64,000 nt of DNA from Octopus vulgaris (Eukaryota): the NCBI GenBank assembly GCA_951406725.2, contig OX597832.1:62310001-62374000 (forward strand), written 5' to 3'. Below, piece by piece: positions 14,576 through 26,782 of this stretch (positions are counted from its first letter, which is position 1; the number at the start of each line of letters is the position of its first letter). Both the position numbers and the translations under genes were made by a program. Under the pieces are notes generated by a model, which was not told the origin of the DNA, searched no databases, and worked only from the letters and a program-made list of their open reading frames with translations.

Positions 14576-14739
14576 GACGGGCTTCTTTCAGTTTCCGTCT
14601 ACCAAATCCACTCACAAGGCTTCGTTCGGCCCGAGGCTATAGTAGAAGACACTCGCCCAAGGTGCCACGCAGTGGGACTGAACCCGGAACCATGTGATTC
14701 GTAAGCAAGCTACTTACCACACAGCCACTCCTACGCCTA
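14085..14739 (-). mobile_element. Two adjacent family B SINEs (diverged partial 14085-14310; near full 14338-14739)
   Basis: Tail (TACTCTTT)n, GGCCATGCTGGAGCA, CCCAAGGTGCCACGCAGTGGGACTGAACCCGGAACC. Confidence 0.88.
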
Positions 14740-14742
14740 TGC

Positions 14743-14837
<95 letters not shown>

Positions 14838-15197
14838 CATGAATAATAGCCATGAGTGGGGGTAAAGCAGAAAGTTACCCAGAATTTATAAGGCAAGAGA
14901 GAAAATTGAGAAGATAATCAATCAACGAACTTCAGCCTACAAACATTCATTTGGATCTATTTATTAATTAATTAGTCATATTTATAAGTAAGTAAACAAA
15001 TAAATAAAGGAAATAAAAAATACGTAAATGAATAAGAATAAATGATTGAATAATACTATAATCTTACAGCTGCTTCTACTTTGGGGGTTCCAGCTTGCCA
15101 AGGTTTATACATCGTACCAGTATTATACAGAGATGGTTCAAAGGCTGTATTATACAGAGATGGTATTATACAGATGTATTATACAGAGATGGTACAA

Positions 15198-15433
15198 AGG
15201 CGGCGAGCTGGCAGAATCGTTAGCACGCCGGGCTAAATGCGTAGCCGTATTTCGTCTGTCGTTACGTTGTGAGTTCAAATTCCGCCGAGGTGGACTTTGC
15301 CTTTCATCCTTTCGGGGTCGATAAATTAAGTTCCAGTTACGCACTGGGGTCGATGTAATCGACTTAATACCTATGACTGTCCTTGTTTGTCCCCTCTGTG
15401 TTTAGCCCCTTGTGGGTAATAAAGAAATAGGTA
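15198..15433 (+). mobile_element. Family A SINE monomer with target-site duplication
   Basis: GGCGGCGAGCTGGCAGAATCGTTAGC...AAAGAAATAGG; GGTACAAAGGC at 15191-15201 and 15430-15440. Confidence 0.92.
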
Positions 15434-15819
15434 CAAAGGCTGAACAACAATTGAACCGGACTTGGACAATAATTGAGCCGCAAAGCTTCTTCAGAGTGTC
15501 CATAATGGTAAGAATCAAACATGTGAGGCAGTAAAATAAAATAATAAAATGATAAAAATAGTAAAAAAATATCCATAGGTTACGAGATTACATCTTATTG
15601 TGAAGAAAAGTCATTTCTACAATTAATCTCCATAGGTTATGAGAATTACATCTTATTTCAATTTACTGGGGGATATAGCAAGGGTTAGACGTAGTGGAGT
15701 GAGGTTAGTACGATGGTGGATATCGCAGGGGTCAAAACTTAGAAGCTAAAGTCTATGTAATAAGCTATCATAGAATTAACAAGGTTAACTTAATGTGAAC
15801 TTATTTGGGGAAATAAATA

Positions 15820-16310
15820 TAGTAGAAGACACTTGTGTAAGATGTCATACAGTGGGACTGAAAACGTAACCATGTGGTTGGGAAGCAACCTTCTTACCAC
15901 ACAGCCACGTCTGTATATCATTTATCTTTTGTCTTGTACTTGTTTCAGTCATTCGACTGCAGCCATGTTGGGGCACCGTCTTGATGAATTTTTAGTTGAA
16001 CGAATCGGCCACGGTACGGTATATATTCTATCAGTTATTTGTGCCGAACCACTAAGTAACGGTCACGCAAACGCAAAACACCGATTGTTAAGAGTTGTGC
16101 GGAGGCGGGAACAAGCATAGGTGCAAACACATTCACGCATTCATATATCTATATGCAGTGGACTTCAGTACAGTTTCTGTGTAACAAATTTCCCCACTGG
16201 GCATAGGTCAGTTCAGAGCTAAAGTAGAAGGCACTCGACAAATATGCAGTGCAATGAAGTCACATCGTTGTAATTTTCCTTCTTAAACATACAGTCATAC
16301 AAGCGTCTAT
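15820..16310 (-). mobile_element. Diverged family B SINE pieces (head fragment plus older copy)
   Basis: TAGTAGAAGACACTTG..GTGGGACTGAA..CACAGCCAC; TTGTTTCAGTCATTCGACTGCAGCCATGTTGG. Confidence 0.7.
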
Positions 16311-16807
16311 AACAAGGATTAAGATGATCAACTCTTATTTCAATCCCCCTCTAGTGTTCTGGCTATGTACGAAAGTTGAAATTTAATTCATTCTGTATAA
16401 ATAAGACGCGAAAGTTTTTCAGAATTCAGACTTTCAGGAGAGTAAATTATGCGAGAATTTTCATATCTACCAAGCCAAATAGAAACGTATAATCGGTATG
16501 TAGTGTATATTTGTATTGGAGAAGAGAAAGAAAGGAAATTTAATCATGAACAAGCCATCGAAGTGAGATGTATGTTTACGAAAACATATCATATTACTAT
16601 TACGCATCTCAAGTGGTGAGGAATATAAACACACACACAAAGGCATATATAAATAAATATATATATGTGTGTGTGTATATATACATATATGTGTGTGTGT
16701 GTGTGTGTGTGTACATATATATATACATATATATATATGTATGTATATCTATCTATCCATCTATGTATATACACATATATATAGTTAGATATACATACAT
16801 ATGTAAC

Positions 16808-16842
<35 letters not shown>

Positions 16843-16891
16843 CATACACTCGCTAAAAGCATGTAAATATATATTTGTATACACATATTTA

Positions 16892-16958
<67 letters not shown>

Positions 16959-16999
16959 ATATATACGTATATATTTATTTGTATGTATATATATATAGA

Positions 17000-17036
<37 letters not shown>

Positions 17037-17624
17037 GTATGTATGTATATATATATATATATGCATGCATGTATGTATGCATGCATTTATGTATATAAGT
17101 ATGCACGTATTCCCGTACAGAGTCACTTTCCTGAAAACGTTAGAATCAAAAGAAATATGAGGAAATATAAAAAAAAATTTTCAAAGTAACCAGAGAGAAC
17201 GTGGCGAATATATGGTTTAGGAACGACAACCTCACCAGTGCGGAAATACTCCGACATCGCTGACAATCTGACAGAACGTCGACAAGTATAATTGAGTGAC
17301 TTCCAATATCATTAGAAATATTTATGTGGTGACAGGGACACCGTAGGCATATAACGCCATGAACAGAGAGAATGAATAAGTACTAATATAATTTGAGGTA
17401 AAAGAGAAGGAAAAACGTGAAGACTGAAAATTAAAAGACATACCTCAGTGGTTAAGAAGCTTGTTTTGGATGCACGAGGTGTACGGTCCAATCTCGATGC
17501 CCGGTAAATTTTGGCCAGTCTGTTCTGCTGTATCTGCGGATGCCGAATCCAGCAATACTTGAATTCGTAGATGAAGACTGTATATATATGTGAGTGTATG
17601 TGTGTGTCTGTATGTATGCATATA

Positions 17625-17776
<152 letters not shown>

Positions 17777-17789
17777 CACAATCAACAAT

Positions 17790-18359
17790 AAAAGGGTAAA
17801 ATTAATTAATTATTAATTAATTTTACCAATTAGTTTTCAGTGTGTAAAAAGACCATTTACGGTATATTTAAAGCATTACGTTATATAATTAGGGTTCAGT
17901 AAAATAATTTACTTTACCACACACCGAACTTTTAGAAATAGCAGCCAAAAAATCTTAGCTATTTCTTCTACTATAAGAAAAGTCTCCCAGACAATGTATA
18001 CATTTTGAATTCGTTAGTACTAGCGGTCGAAGATGGTTTGTCTGGGATTACTCATATCAGACGGGTTTGTTCGATTTTTAGTGCTCTCAAATCCAAATCC
18101 AGAGAAATCTTGAGCTGACGAAGGAAATGTCGATCTTTATATTCAACTAATCCAGAAACGGCCGTTCACCAAGTAATCGATGTACGTGTGATCTTTCGTT
18201 ATTTTTCCCTCTATACCTGCGTGAATTATTTTTAAGTATACATTGTCTGGGAGACTTTTCTTATAGTAGAAGAAATAGCTAAGATATTTTGGCTGCTATT
18301 TCTAAAAGTTCGGTGTGTGGTAAAGTAAATTATTTTACTGAACCCTAATTATATAACGT

Positions 18360-18365
<6 letters not shown>
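17790..18365. mobile_element. Penelope-like fold-back element in (TA)n: 128-bp inverted arms around a hammerhead-like loop
   Basis: 17874-18001 is the reverse complement of 18236-18363 (1 mismatch); loop contains CTGACGA...GAAACGGCCGTT; (TA)n on both flanks. Confidence 0.75.
18108..18173 (+). ncRNA. Degenerate minimal type-I hammerhead ribozyme motif
   Basis: CTGACGA 18115-18121, GGA...TCC stem II base, GAAA 18155-18158, palindromic stem III ACGGCCGT; stem I imperfect. Confidence 0.55.
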
Positions 18366-18420
<55 letters not shown>

Positions 18421-18429
18421 TATGAAATT

Positions 18430-19240
18430 GTTCTGCAAGACTCCTGAGGTTTGAAACAGATATTGTATTTCGGATTGATTCTCTTTTTGTGTGTTGCGAA
18501 ATAAACACACGCACTATATGTTCCTTATTTACTCGTTTATTGCCATACAACAGTCATGTCCACTGTACGGATATCTTTCCTGACACATATCTGACCTCTT
18601 CAGCGGCACTTTGCGTCCAATGGACTAAGCGGAGCAGGAACACACACACGAAGACGGAAAGTGGTCACTGAAGCGGTTAAAGGTGTGTGACGAAAAATTT
18701 TCGGACAATAGATATGAGTAAATATCAGAACTGTAATAAACGAGTTTACAAATAAATATATATTGCGTATGATTATTTAGCAAAGGAAAATGACCATAGG
18801 CGCAGGAGTGGCTGTGTGGTAAGTAGCTTATTTACCAACCACATGGTTCCAGGTTCAGTCCCACTGCGTGGCACCTTGGGCAAGTGTCTTCTACTATAGC
18901 CTCGGGCCGACCAAAGCCTTGTGAGTGGATTTGGTAGACGGAAACTGAAAGAAGCCTGTCGTATATATGTATATATATATATATGTGCGTGTGTGTGTTT
19001 GTGTGTCTGTGTTTGTGTGTCTGTGTTTGTCCCCCCCAACATCGCTTGACAACCGATGCTGGTGTGTTTATGTCCCCGTTACTTAGCGGTTCGGCAAAAG
19101 AGACCGATAGAATAAGTACTGGGCTTACAAAAGAATAAGTCCCGGGGTCGAGTTGCTCGATTAAAGGCGGTGCTCCAGCATGGCCGCAGTCAAATGACTG
19201 AAACAAGTAAAAGAGTAAAAGAGTATCCCGAAATACAACA
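18430..19240. mobile_element. Palindromic MITE-like repeat interrupted by a SINE
   Basis: TTGTATTTCGGAT (~18463) vs ATCCCGAAATACAA (~19225); AAATAAACACACGCACTATA..ACTCGTTTATT vs AATAAACGAGT; related copy at 32910-33190. Confidence 0.45.
18798..19225 (+). mobile_element. Family B SINE, full length, young
   Basis: AGGCGCAGGAGTGGCTGTGTGGTAAG (A box), GGTTCAGTCCC (B box), GGCACCTTGGGCAAGTGTCTT (CORE-like), tail GTAAAAGAGTAAAAGAGTA. Confidence 0.93.
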
Positions 19241-19297
<57 letters not shown>

Positions 19298-20014
19298 GGT
19301 GTATAAAGTTTGAATGTGGATTCCTCCTTTAATTGGAGGTTTCCAGAAAAGATATCTAGTGCTAATTCTTATACTTTGCAAGGTGTTTATAGGCGTAAGG
19401 ATATAAAAGTAGTACTTGTATATAATGCATGATGAGTTTTGGAATGAAGATATATATATATATATATATTTACATTTTCCATGTTTGTGTGTCTACTACG
19501 TAGGTTTACATATGTTCTGCCATATCGTGGTACTTTTGATACGCCCCTGCAAATAAATAAAATGTTAAATACTTTTATGCAAATTAATAACTCCAGTGCT
19601 GTGTTGAGATTTGCTGAGTACAGAAACAAATTGGCTGATTATACCTTGGGTGCTGGTCAAGAGGTACAGACACATGTGATGAGAATACAATAAGTTTCGA
19701 CAAATTTATTAAGCCAGTGAATAATTTTTCTTTTTCAATCTTCGGATGAAAAGCTAAATTTGCCATGCTTGTAATTCTGTAAAGTTGATTTACATATATA
19801 TATGTAAATGTAACATGTGGTTTGCTCGAAATCTTGATTTCGAAAATTATTTATATTTATAATCGATGTCAGATCAATGATACTTTTAGATAAGAACTGG
19901 ACAGCACTGATTGCCTAGAAAATCCCAGGGCGATTGAACAACATACAACATAAATAATCCGGACATAAGTAAATACTGTCTCGAATTGAATGCAAATCAA
20001 TTCACGCACCCACG

Positions 20015-20086
<72 letters not shown>

Positions 20087-20714
20087 CATATATGTATATG
20101 AATATATATATATATATGTGAGTGTGTGTGTGAAACTTAAAATTATATATATATACAAGTGTGTTCGCGCGCATGCTTGTGTGTGTGTATGTTTTATATA
20201 CATATGTATTCTAGGAAGTTGGGGAATAGGACCTAATTCTGTTTTTATTGCAAATATGACAATATAATTTCGTCCTAACTTAATCAATTCTGTCCTGAAT
20301 ACTTTTATCAATGACAGGCACTTTGATACAGCATGACAGTTTTATATTAATTTAATAGATATGCACGCGGGGAAGACGGTTTATTGTGTTTGCGTAGTCA
20401 TATACATATATGTGTGTGGGCGTGTGTATTTTTATTCTATTATTCGTTCCAGCCATGTGGACGCGACCACACTGGCGCAGTACCATGATTTTGCACGCAT
20501 ACATATCATTCTCCCTTGGCTGATTTGTTCAAGGTGCTGGGACTCCATATAACCATCTCTGTATTTGCTGTTTGTAAACAGTAATGGCTGTATGATGCTT
20601 GCTTGGGGGCGCTACTCAGAATTCGTGAGGGTAACATCGGCTGCAATTGCCTGAGTTCTATCTTTTAGGAAGTTACGTAGCCATTCACCCAAACGGGCGC
20701 AGGGGGGAGTCGAC

Positions 20715-21090
20715 GTGACTGTGTGACAAGAACCTTGCTTCCCCACTACATAACAACATGATTCTGCGTTCAGTCTCAGTGCGTGTCTTCTTGGGCAGAT
20801 GCTCTCTACGGTAACCTCAGGCCGACAAAAAACTTGTGAGTAGATTTGGTAGACAGAAACTAAAAGAAGCCCGTCGTGCATGTTTGTATATGTATACCAA
20901 TGTGTGTGTGTTTGTCTTTGTGTGTGATTACGTACCCGTAACCTAGCGGTTAAGCAATAGAGACCGAAAGAATAAATGCTAAGTTTCAAAAGCCTAAATC
21001 CTGGGGTCGATTTGTACAACTAAATCACTTCAAGGCGGTACTCCAGCATGACCTCAATTATACGACTGCAAAAATCAAAGATAAAAGATA
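20715..21090 (+). mobile_element. Family B SINE, diverged
   Basis: TTGTGAGTAGATTTGGTAGACAGAAACTAAAAGAAGCCCGTCG...GGCGGTACTCCAGCATGACC. Confidence 0.8.
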
Positions 21091-21104
21091 TATATGTATG
21101 TATG

Positions 21105-21146
<42 letters not shown>

Positions 21147-21184
21147 AATATATATAGTTGTGTGTGTTTTCGTGTGTGTGTATG

Positions 21185-21219
<35 letters not shown>

Positions 21220-21261
21220 GTATATACATGTCTATTTATATATGTATGTATATATGTGTGG

Positions 21262-21300
<39 letters not shown>

Positions 21301-21429
21301 ATTAAATATATATGTATATATATGTATATACATGTATATATATATATACATATATATTTATATATATATATACATATATATAAATATAAATATATATCTG
21401 TGTGTGTTTATATATATATATTCTTTAAG

Positions 21430-21960
21430 TTCTTCTATGGGAACGTTCTGAATATGAATATAATAGCTCGTATTCTATTGGGTCAGCTACATTCCAATGA
21501 TGCCAAATGGAAATATAGTGTTTGTGGGGTTTGCACCAGTCTCTGCCGAGATAATGTAGGATGGAAAAGTAATAACATTGATAATCCTTGCATAGAAGTT
21601 CTAAATATTTTAATGTATCGCTACGCGCGTTACATCAAATCACATATTTCTTATTATCATAGCCGGTATTCCTAGGGCGATTACAGTGCAGTCCGTAGTA
21701 TGCATGGATATCGAGTTGATCATGTACTTCAGTCAATTTATTCAGGCGAAATAGCATTAATGGATGTTTAACAGAGGGTTCTTTACCGATTCTGACCAAT
21801 GAGAAATCTGTGGACATTTCTCTGTATATTTGGTAAGAAGAGTGGAATGTGATGGAGAGACAGGAAAGAATGGTAGTTGTGTCAGGAAGTACAGCCACTA
21901 CAGCCGTCCAGTTGCTGGAGTTCATTGTCTCGGTTAACAACTGATATATTCTTAAAATGA
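21430..21960 (-). pseudogene. Decayed Penelope-like ORF fragment (RT thumb/linker to GIY-YIG)
   Basis: LSITFH...KHPLMLFRLNKL...GLHCNRPR resembles the PLE linker P.VAFRR..NL...G...C.RPRC; followed by remnants of NVI and YIGET motifs. Confidence 0.45.
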
Positions 21961-22194
21961 CATTTTAATTAATTCTGCCCGATGTCCATAGAAAGTACGG
22001 AGTGAACTGTAATGATACTAGGAATACGGACTATGATCGTAAGAAACATACGATTTGTGGAAATGCACGTAGCGATGTATTAAATTGTTTAGAAAATCGG
22101 TCCAGAGATTATTCCTCTTCGGAGCACAGCATCAGACTTTTAATCTGATGGTCACACACACACACACACACACACACCCACACAGAGGTATATA

Positions 22195-22306
22195 TTTATA
22201 AAAGACTTCTTTCAGTTTCCGTCTTCCAAATCCACTCACAAGCATTTGGTCGGCTAGAGGCTATAGTAGAAAAGAACTGCCCAAGGTACAACGCAGTGGG
22301 ACTGAA
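22195..22306 (-). mobile_element. Family B SINE 5' fragment
   Basis: CTTCTTTCAGTTTCCGTCTTCCAAATCCACTCACAAG...GCAGTGGGACTGAA. Confidence 0.75.
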
Positions 22307-22500
22307 ATATGTGTGTGTGTGCGTGTGAGTGTGTGTGTATGTATATATATTTATCTCTTTCTCTCTCCATATATGTATTTATACATTTATATATATACGC
22401 ATCTATGCATGCATTATGCATGCACATGCACACGTGCAGGTATAAATATATATACACTAATATATATTTATACAGAGACATATACATATATGTATATGTG

Positions 22501-22532
<32 letters not shown>

Positions 22533-22554
22533 ACAATATATACATACATATACA

Positions 22555-22594
<40 letters not shown>

Positions 22595-22613
22595 AATATA
22601 TACGTACATACAT

Positions 22614-22667
<54 letters not shown>

Positions 22668-23107
22668 ATAAATGAACACATTCATACAATCATACATATG
22701 TATACATACACACATACTTACATACATATATACATACACACATATGCATACATATATGCATACACGTACATACATACATACATTCCCACATATTAACTGA
22801 TACATACATATACATATTACACATGTATACATAGATAAATACATACATACATACATACATACATACATACATACATACATACATACATACATACATACAT
22901 ACATACACAGAGATGGACACGGAATGAATAAGACTTAGACAAATAAAAGCCTCGGTAGAGATAAGACCTAAGCTGACATACTTAAAGAGATTTGATAGAA
23001 ATAAAACTGATCTTCATCAACAATTAAAGTCTTCCGTTGATTGCCATTTGTTAGCATTGGTCTACCTAATGCTGGTGGCAGTAACATTTATATGTCCTCT
23101 TTGTGTG

Positions 23108-23138
<31 letters not shown>

Positions 23139-23276
23139 TCGTGTTGGTGAAGAAGAGGGAGAAAAGAGGAGAAAGAGATACAGTCTCACACAGATAAGGA
23201 CAGATGTGAGTTTATCTGTGGATTGTAAGAAAGAGGCTTAGATGTATGTATAAGTTAGTTGAGTATTGAGTGAGAG

Positions 23277-23585
23277 TGAAGGCGCGTGGCTGGTTGGTAC
23301 GGCATTCGGCATACGATCGTAAGGTCGTGAGTTCAATTCCCGGCGACGCGTTGTGTCCTTGAGCAAGTCCTTTTATTCCATGTCCCTCCAGTCCACTCAG
23401 CTGGCAAAAATGAGTTGTACCTGTAATTGAAAGGGAACTGCATTATTACAATTTGTGTCACGCTAAATCTTCCTGAGAATTACGTTAAGGGTACACGTGT
23501 TTCTGGAGTGCTCACCAACTTGCACGCTAATTTCACGAGCAGGCTGTTCCGTTGATCGGATCAACTGGAACCGACGGAGTGCCAC
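23277..23585 (+). mobile_element. Family C tRNA-derived SINE (CORE/Meta-like)
   Basis: GGCGCGTGGCTGGTTGGT, GAGTTCAATTCC B box, TTGTGTCCTTGAGCAAG, CCAGTCCACTCAGCTGGCAAAAATGAGT; second copy at 51178-51500 (-). Confidence 0.8.
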
Positions 23586-23610
23586 GACCACTGAATGAGA
23601 AAATAATGCA

Positions 23611-24060
23611 TAAGGGTACACCAGGCACATGCATCACAACCATATGTGCGCGACATGGTGATCTCATATCAAGATAAAGAGCACATGACCTTGCAGGTGG
23701 GGCCCAGTTAGAATTTTCTTCAGGTTGAGTAGCCCATCCCGCTCAAAAGGTCCCTGAATAAGGGTTGTTTAAGGATGTTGAAAGAACCACCCATGTTTCC
23801 AGAGGTGAATTATTCAAACCCCAAAGAATCCCTCTCAACACATGGCTATGATGCTCCCCCACTACTTCTGCTCGTGATCAGAGATGCACATATCGTCAGC
23901 CACTAAGGGACATGCTCAACTGGTTAAGGTCAAACAACTGACAAACAAATCTGTGGTATTGAGCAGAATATTTGCTGTAGCCCATCATTTATACCAAGAC
24001 AAAACAATGTACATGATAACACTTCCAATCAGTTAAGATCAGAAGCCATGAGAGCCACTG
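23611..24060. repeat. Non-coding complex-sequence island abutting (TTA)n, probable interspersed repeat
   Basis: Sharp boundary into (TTA)n at 24061; no ORF; single copy in this window. Confidence 0.4.
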
Positions 24061-24075
24061 TTATTATTATTATTA

Positions 24076-24206
<131 letters not shown>

Positions 24207-24227
24207 TAAGCGGTGTGTATGTGTGTT

Positions 24228-24734
24228 TGTCAACCCCAGGACTTATTCTTTGTAAGACTAGTACTTATTTTATCGGTATAATTTCTCGAACCGCTAGATT
24301 ACAGGAATGTAAACACACCAGCGGTTGTAAAGTGATGTTGGGCGGACAAACACATATACACCAACATGCAGACACACACACACATGCACACACGCACGCA
24401 AACACACACACATCCTTTCATCCTCCGGGGTCGATACAATAAGTACAAGTTGTACACTGGGACCGATGTAATCAACTCACCCCTCCCACAAAATTGCTAT
24501 CCCTGTGGGAAAATGTTGAAACCATTATTATTTCCGGCATAAGGACTGATATTTGTGAGGGGTGGGGATAATCGATTATATCGACGCAAGTGTTTCACTG
24601 GTTCTTAATTTATCGACCCCGAAATGAGAAATTCGAAGTGAACTCCGACGGAATTTGAACTCAGAACTTAGAGGCAAAGAAAGTACCGCAAAGCATTTCA
24701 CTCAGTGTGCTAACAATTCTGCCAGTTCAACGGC

Positions 24735-24735
<1 letters not shown>
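24228..24735. mobile_element. Cluster of SINE pieces: family B (-), family A (+) and family A (-) tail to tail
   Basis: GGACTTATTCTTTGTAAG..; CCTTTCATCCTCCGGGGTCGATAC..; TTTATCGACCCCGAAA..GGAATTTGAACTCAG. Confidence 0.75.
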
Positions 24736-24818
<83 letters not shown>

Positions 24819-26498
24819 TAACTTGAAGGCCTATTGCGCACCGTGAAAGCATTCAGCGATGACATCGGGATGGAGTTTGGACTTGAGAAGTGTGCCAAGG
24901 CCACTTTCCAGAAAGGGAAAGTGAAGACCACAAATTCAGTCGTGTTAGATGTTGACACAGTCATAAGAGAGCTTGAGCAAGAACAAACATACAAATATTT
25001 AGGGATAAATGAAGGCTCTGGTATTCAGCATGCAAGTATGAAAGAGAAAATCAGGAAGGAATGTTATAGGAGAGTTCGTGCAGTCCTGAAATCTGAACTA
25101 AATGCACGTAACAAGGTGTTAGCTATAAATTCCTTAGCAGTTCCAGTTGTTACTTATAGCTACAATGTGTTGAACTGGAATATGAGTGAAGTAAAGAATA
25201 TAGATAGGAAAATACGCAAGCTGCTGAGTTGTAATAGGATGCACCACCCAAAGGCAGACGTAGATCGCCTTTACCTTCCCAGAGCCCAAGGAGGTCGAGG
25301 CCTGATCCAATTTGAACTAGCTTACAAAACAACCACAATTGGACTGGCCAAATATCTCGAAATATCGAATGACTGGATGCTAAAGCTCGTGGAAAATCAC
25401 GAGAGACGAAAGAAGCTTCATTCTATCATGAAGGAAAGCAAAAAATTTGCTATTGATCTCGTGCAGGATACCCAAACTGAACAACCCGAGGGAAGTACGG
25501 CAACTATTGTTGCAAAGAAGGTGAAAATGATGGCAATGAAAAAAGCGCACGAGCAATTGGCTGATAGGTGGGAGGAGAAACCTCTGCACGGCAAATATGT
25601 GACCCGCAGCAAACAAGCTGATGTTGATCAGAAGCAAACCCATCAGTGGCTACGGAGCTCAGGGCTAAAAGCAGAGAGCGAAGGTTTCATCCTGGCTGCT
25701 CAAGATCAAAGCCTATTGACCCGGAACTACCAGGCCAATGTGATGAAAAATGGAGCAGACCCAAAATGCCGATTCTGCAACGATATGATTGAAACAGTGG
25801 ACCACCTAATCTATGGATGTAAAGTCTTAGCACCAGTGGAGTATAAATTAAGACATGACAGAGTTGGCCAATATCTCCACTGGCTAATAAGTCGGCATTA
25901 CAATATCAAAACTGCCGACAAGTGGTATAATCACCACCCTGAGGCTGTAACTGAAGGAGAAAATGTAACCATTCTGTGGGACTTTCCAGTACATACAGAC
26001 CGAACCATCAAGGCCAATAAACCAGATATTGTTGTGAAAGACCAAAACAATAAAGTTTGCTTATTGATCGACATGAGCATCCCCTGTGATCATAATATCT
26101 CAGCGAAAGAGTTTGACAAGCTCAGAAAATATAAAGACCTACTCATTGAAATTGAGAAAATGTGGCATCTCAAGGCGGTTACAATACCAGTAATCGTAGG
26201 AGCACTAGGAATGATCAAGAAGGGAACCGAAAATTATATGAGAATGATCCCTGGCTTACCATCCCTGCAAGAAGTGCAAAAGATTGTCTTAACTGGTACA
26301 TCACACGTATTGAGAAGAGCATTGTCGATGTGAGAACTGTTGCTGCTCATGTATTTAACAAAAACAAAAAAAAAAAATGAACGAACTACTGAGTTTGGTT
26401 TAATGGCCTACCAATGTATACTATGAGTTTCTTTGCCCTAGGAGTCGGGAAGACACTCGGCAAGAAATGGAAGCAAATTTGAAAGAAGAGAAAAAAGT
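24819..26498 (+). mobile_element. R4/Dong-clade RLE non-LTR retrotransposon, 5'-truncated, inserted in (TAA)n
   Basis: Uninterrupted ORF, ~165-nt 3' UTR, (TAA)n on both sides as known for Dong. Confidence 0.95.
24822..26333 (+). CDS. Partial ORF (no true start): C-terminal reverse transcriptase, CCHC zinc knuckle and restriction-like endonuclease
   Basis: FSDDIGMEFGLEKC, YKYLG, RLYLPRAQGGRGL, CRFC..ETVDHLIYGC, RHD, ILWDF, KPDIVV..LIDMSIP..K..KY.DL, IPVIVGALG. Confidence 0.93.
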   Translation, partial: LEGLLRTVKAFSDDIGMEFGLEKCAKATFQKGKVKTTNSVVLDVDTVIRELEQEQTYKYLGINEGSGIQHASMKEKIRKECYRRVRAVLKSELNARNKVLAINSLAVPVVTYSYNVLNWNMSEVKNIDRKIRKLLSCNRMHHPKADVDRLYLPRAQGGRGLIQFELAYKTTTIGLAKYLEISNDWMLKLVENHERRKKLHSIMKESKKFAIDLVQDTQTEQPEGSTATIVAKKVKMMAMKKAHEQLADRWEEKPLHGKYVTRSKQADVDQKQTHQWLRSSGLKAESEGFILAAQDQSLLTRNYQANVMKNGADPKCRFCNDMIETVDHLIYGCKVLAPVEYKLRHDRVGQYLHWLISRHYNIKTADKWYNHHPEAVTEGENVTILWDFPVHTDRTIKANKPDIVVKDQNNKVCLLIDMSIPCDHNISAKEFDKLRKYKDLLIEIEKMWHLKAVTIPVIVGALGMIKKGTENYMRMIPGLPSLQEVQKIVLTGTSHVLRRALSM

Positions 26499-26503
26499 AA
26501 TAC

Positions 26504-26558
<55 letters not shown>

Positions 26559-26621
26559 TTAATAATAATAATAATGATAATAATAATGATGATGATGATG
26601 ATGATAATAATAATAATGATG

Positions 26622-26685
<64 letters not shown>

Positions 26686-26703
26686 TAATAATAATAATGA
26701 TAA

Positions 26704-26782
<79 letters not shown>
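26499..26782. repeat. (AAT/GAT)n tract switching to (ATT)n
   Basis: Orientation switch at ~26705 (GATAATCATTATT). Confidence 0.9.

Noticed and set aside
18798-18870. tRNA gene
   Set aside because: A and B boxes continue into the SINE body; no complete cloverleaf (same for other SINE heads)
19480-19780. Possible Penelope GIY-YIG relic on the minus strand
   Set aside because: Only faint motif resemblance; cannot support without a search
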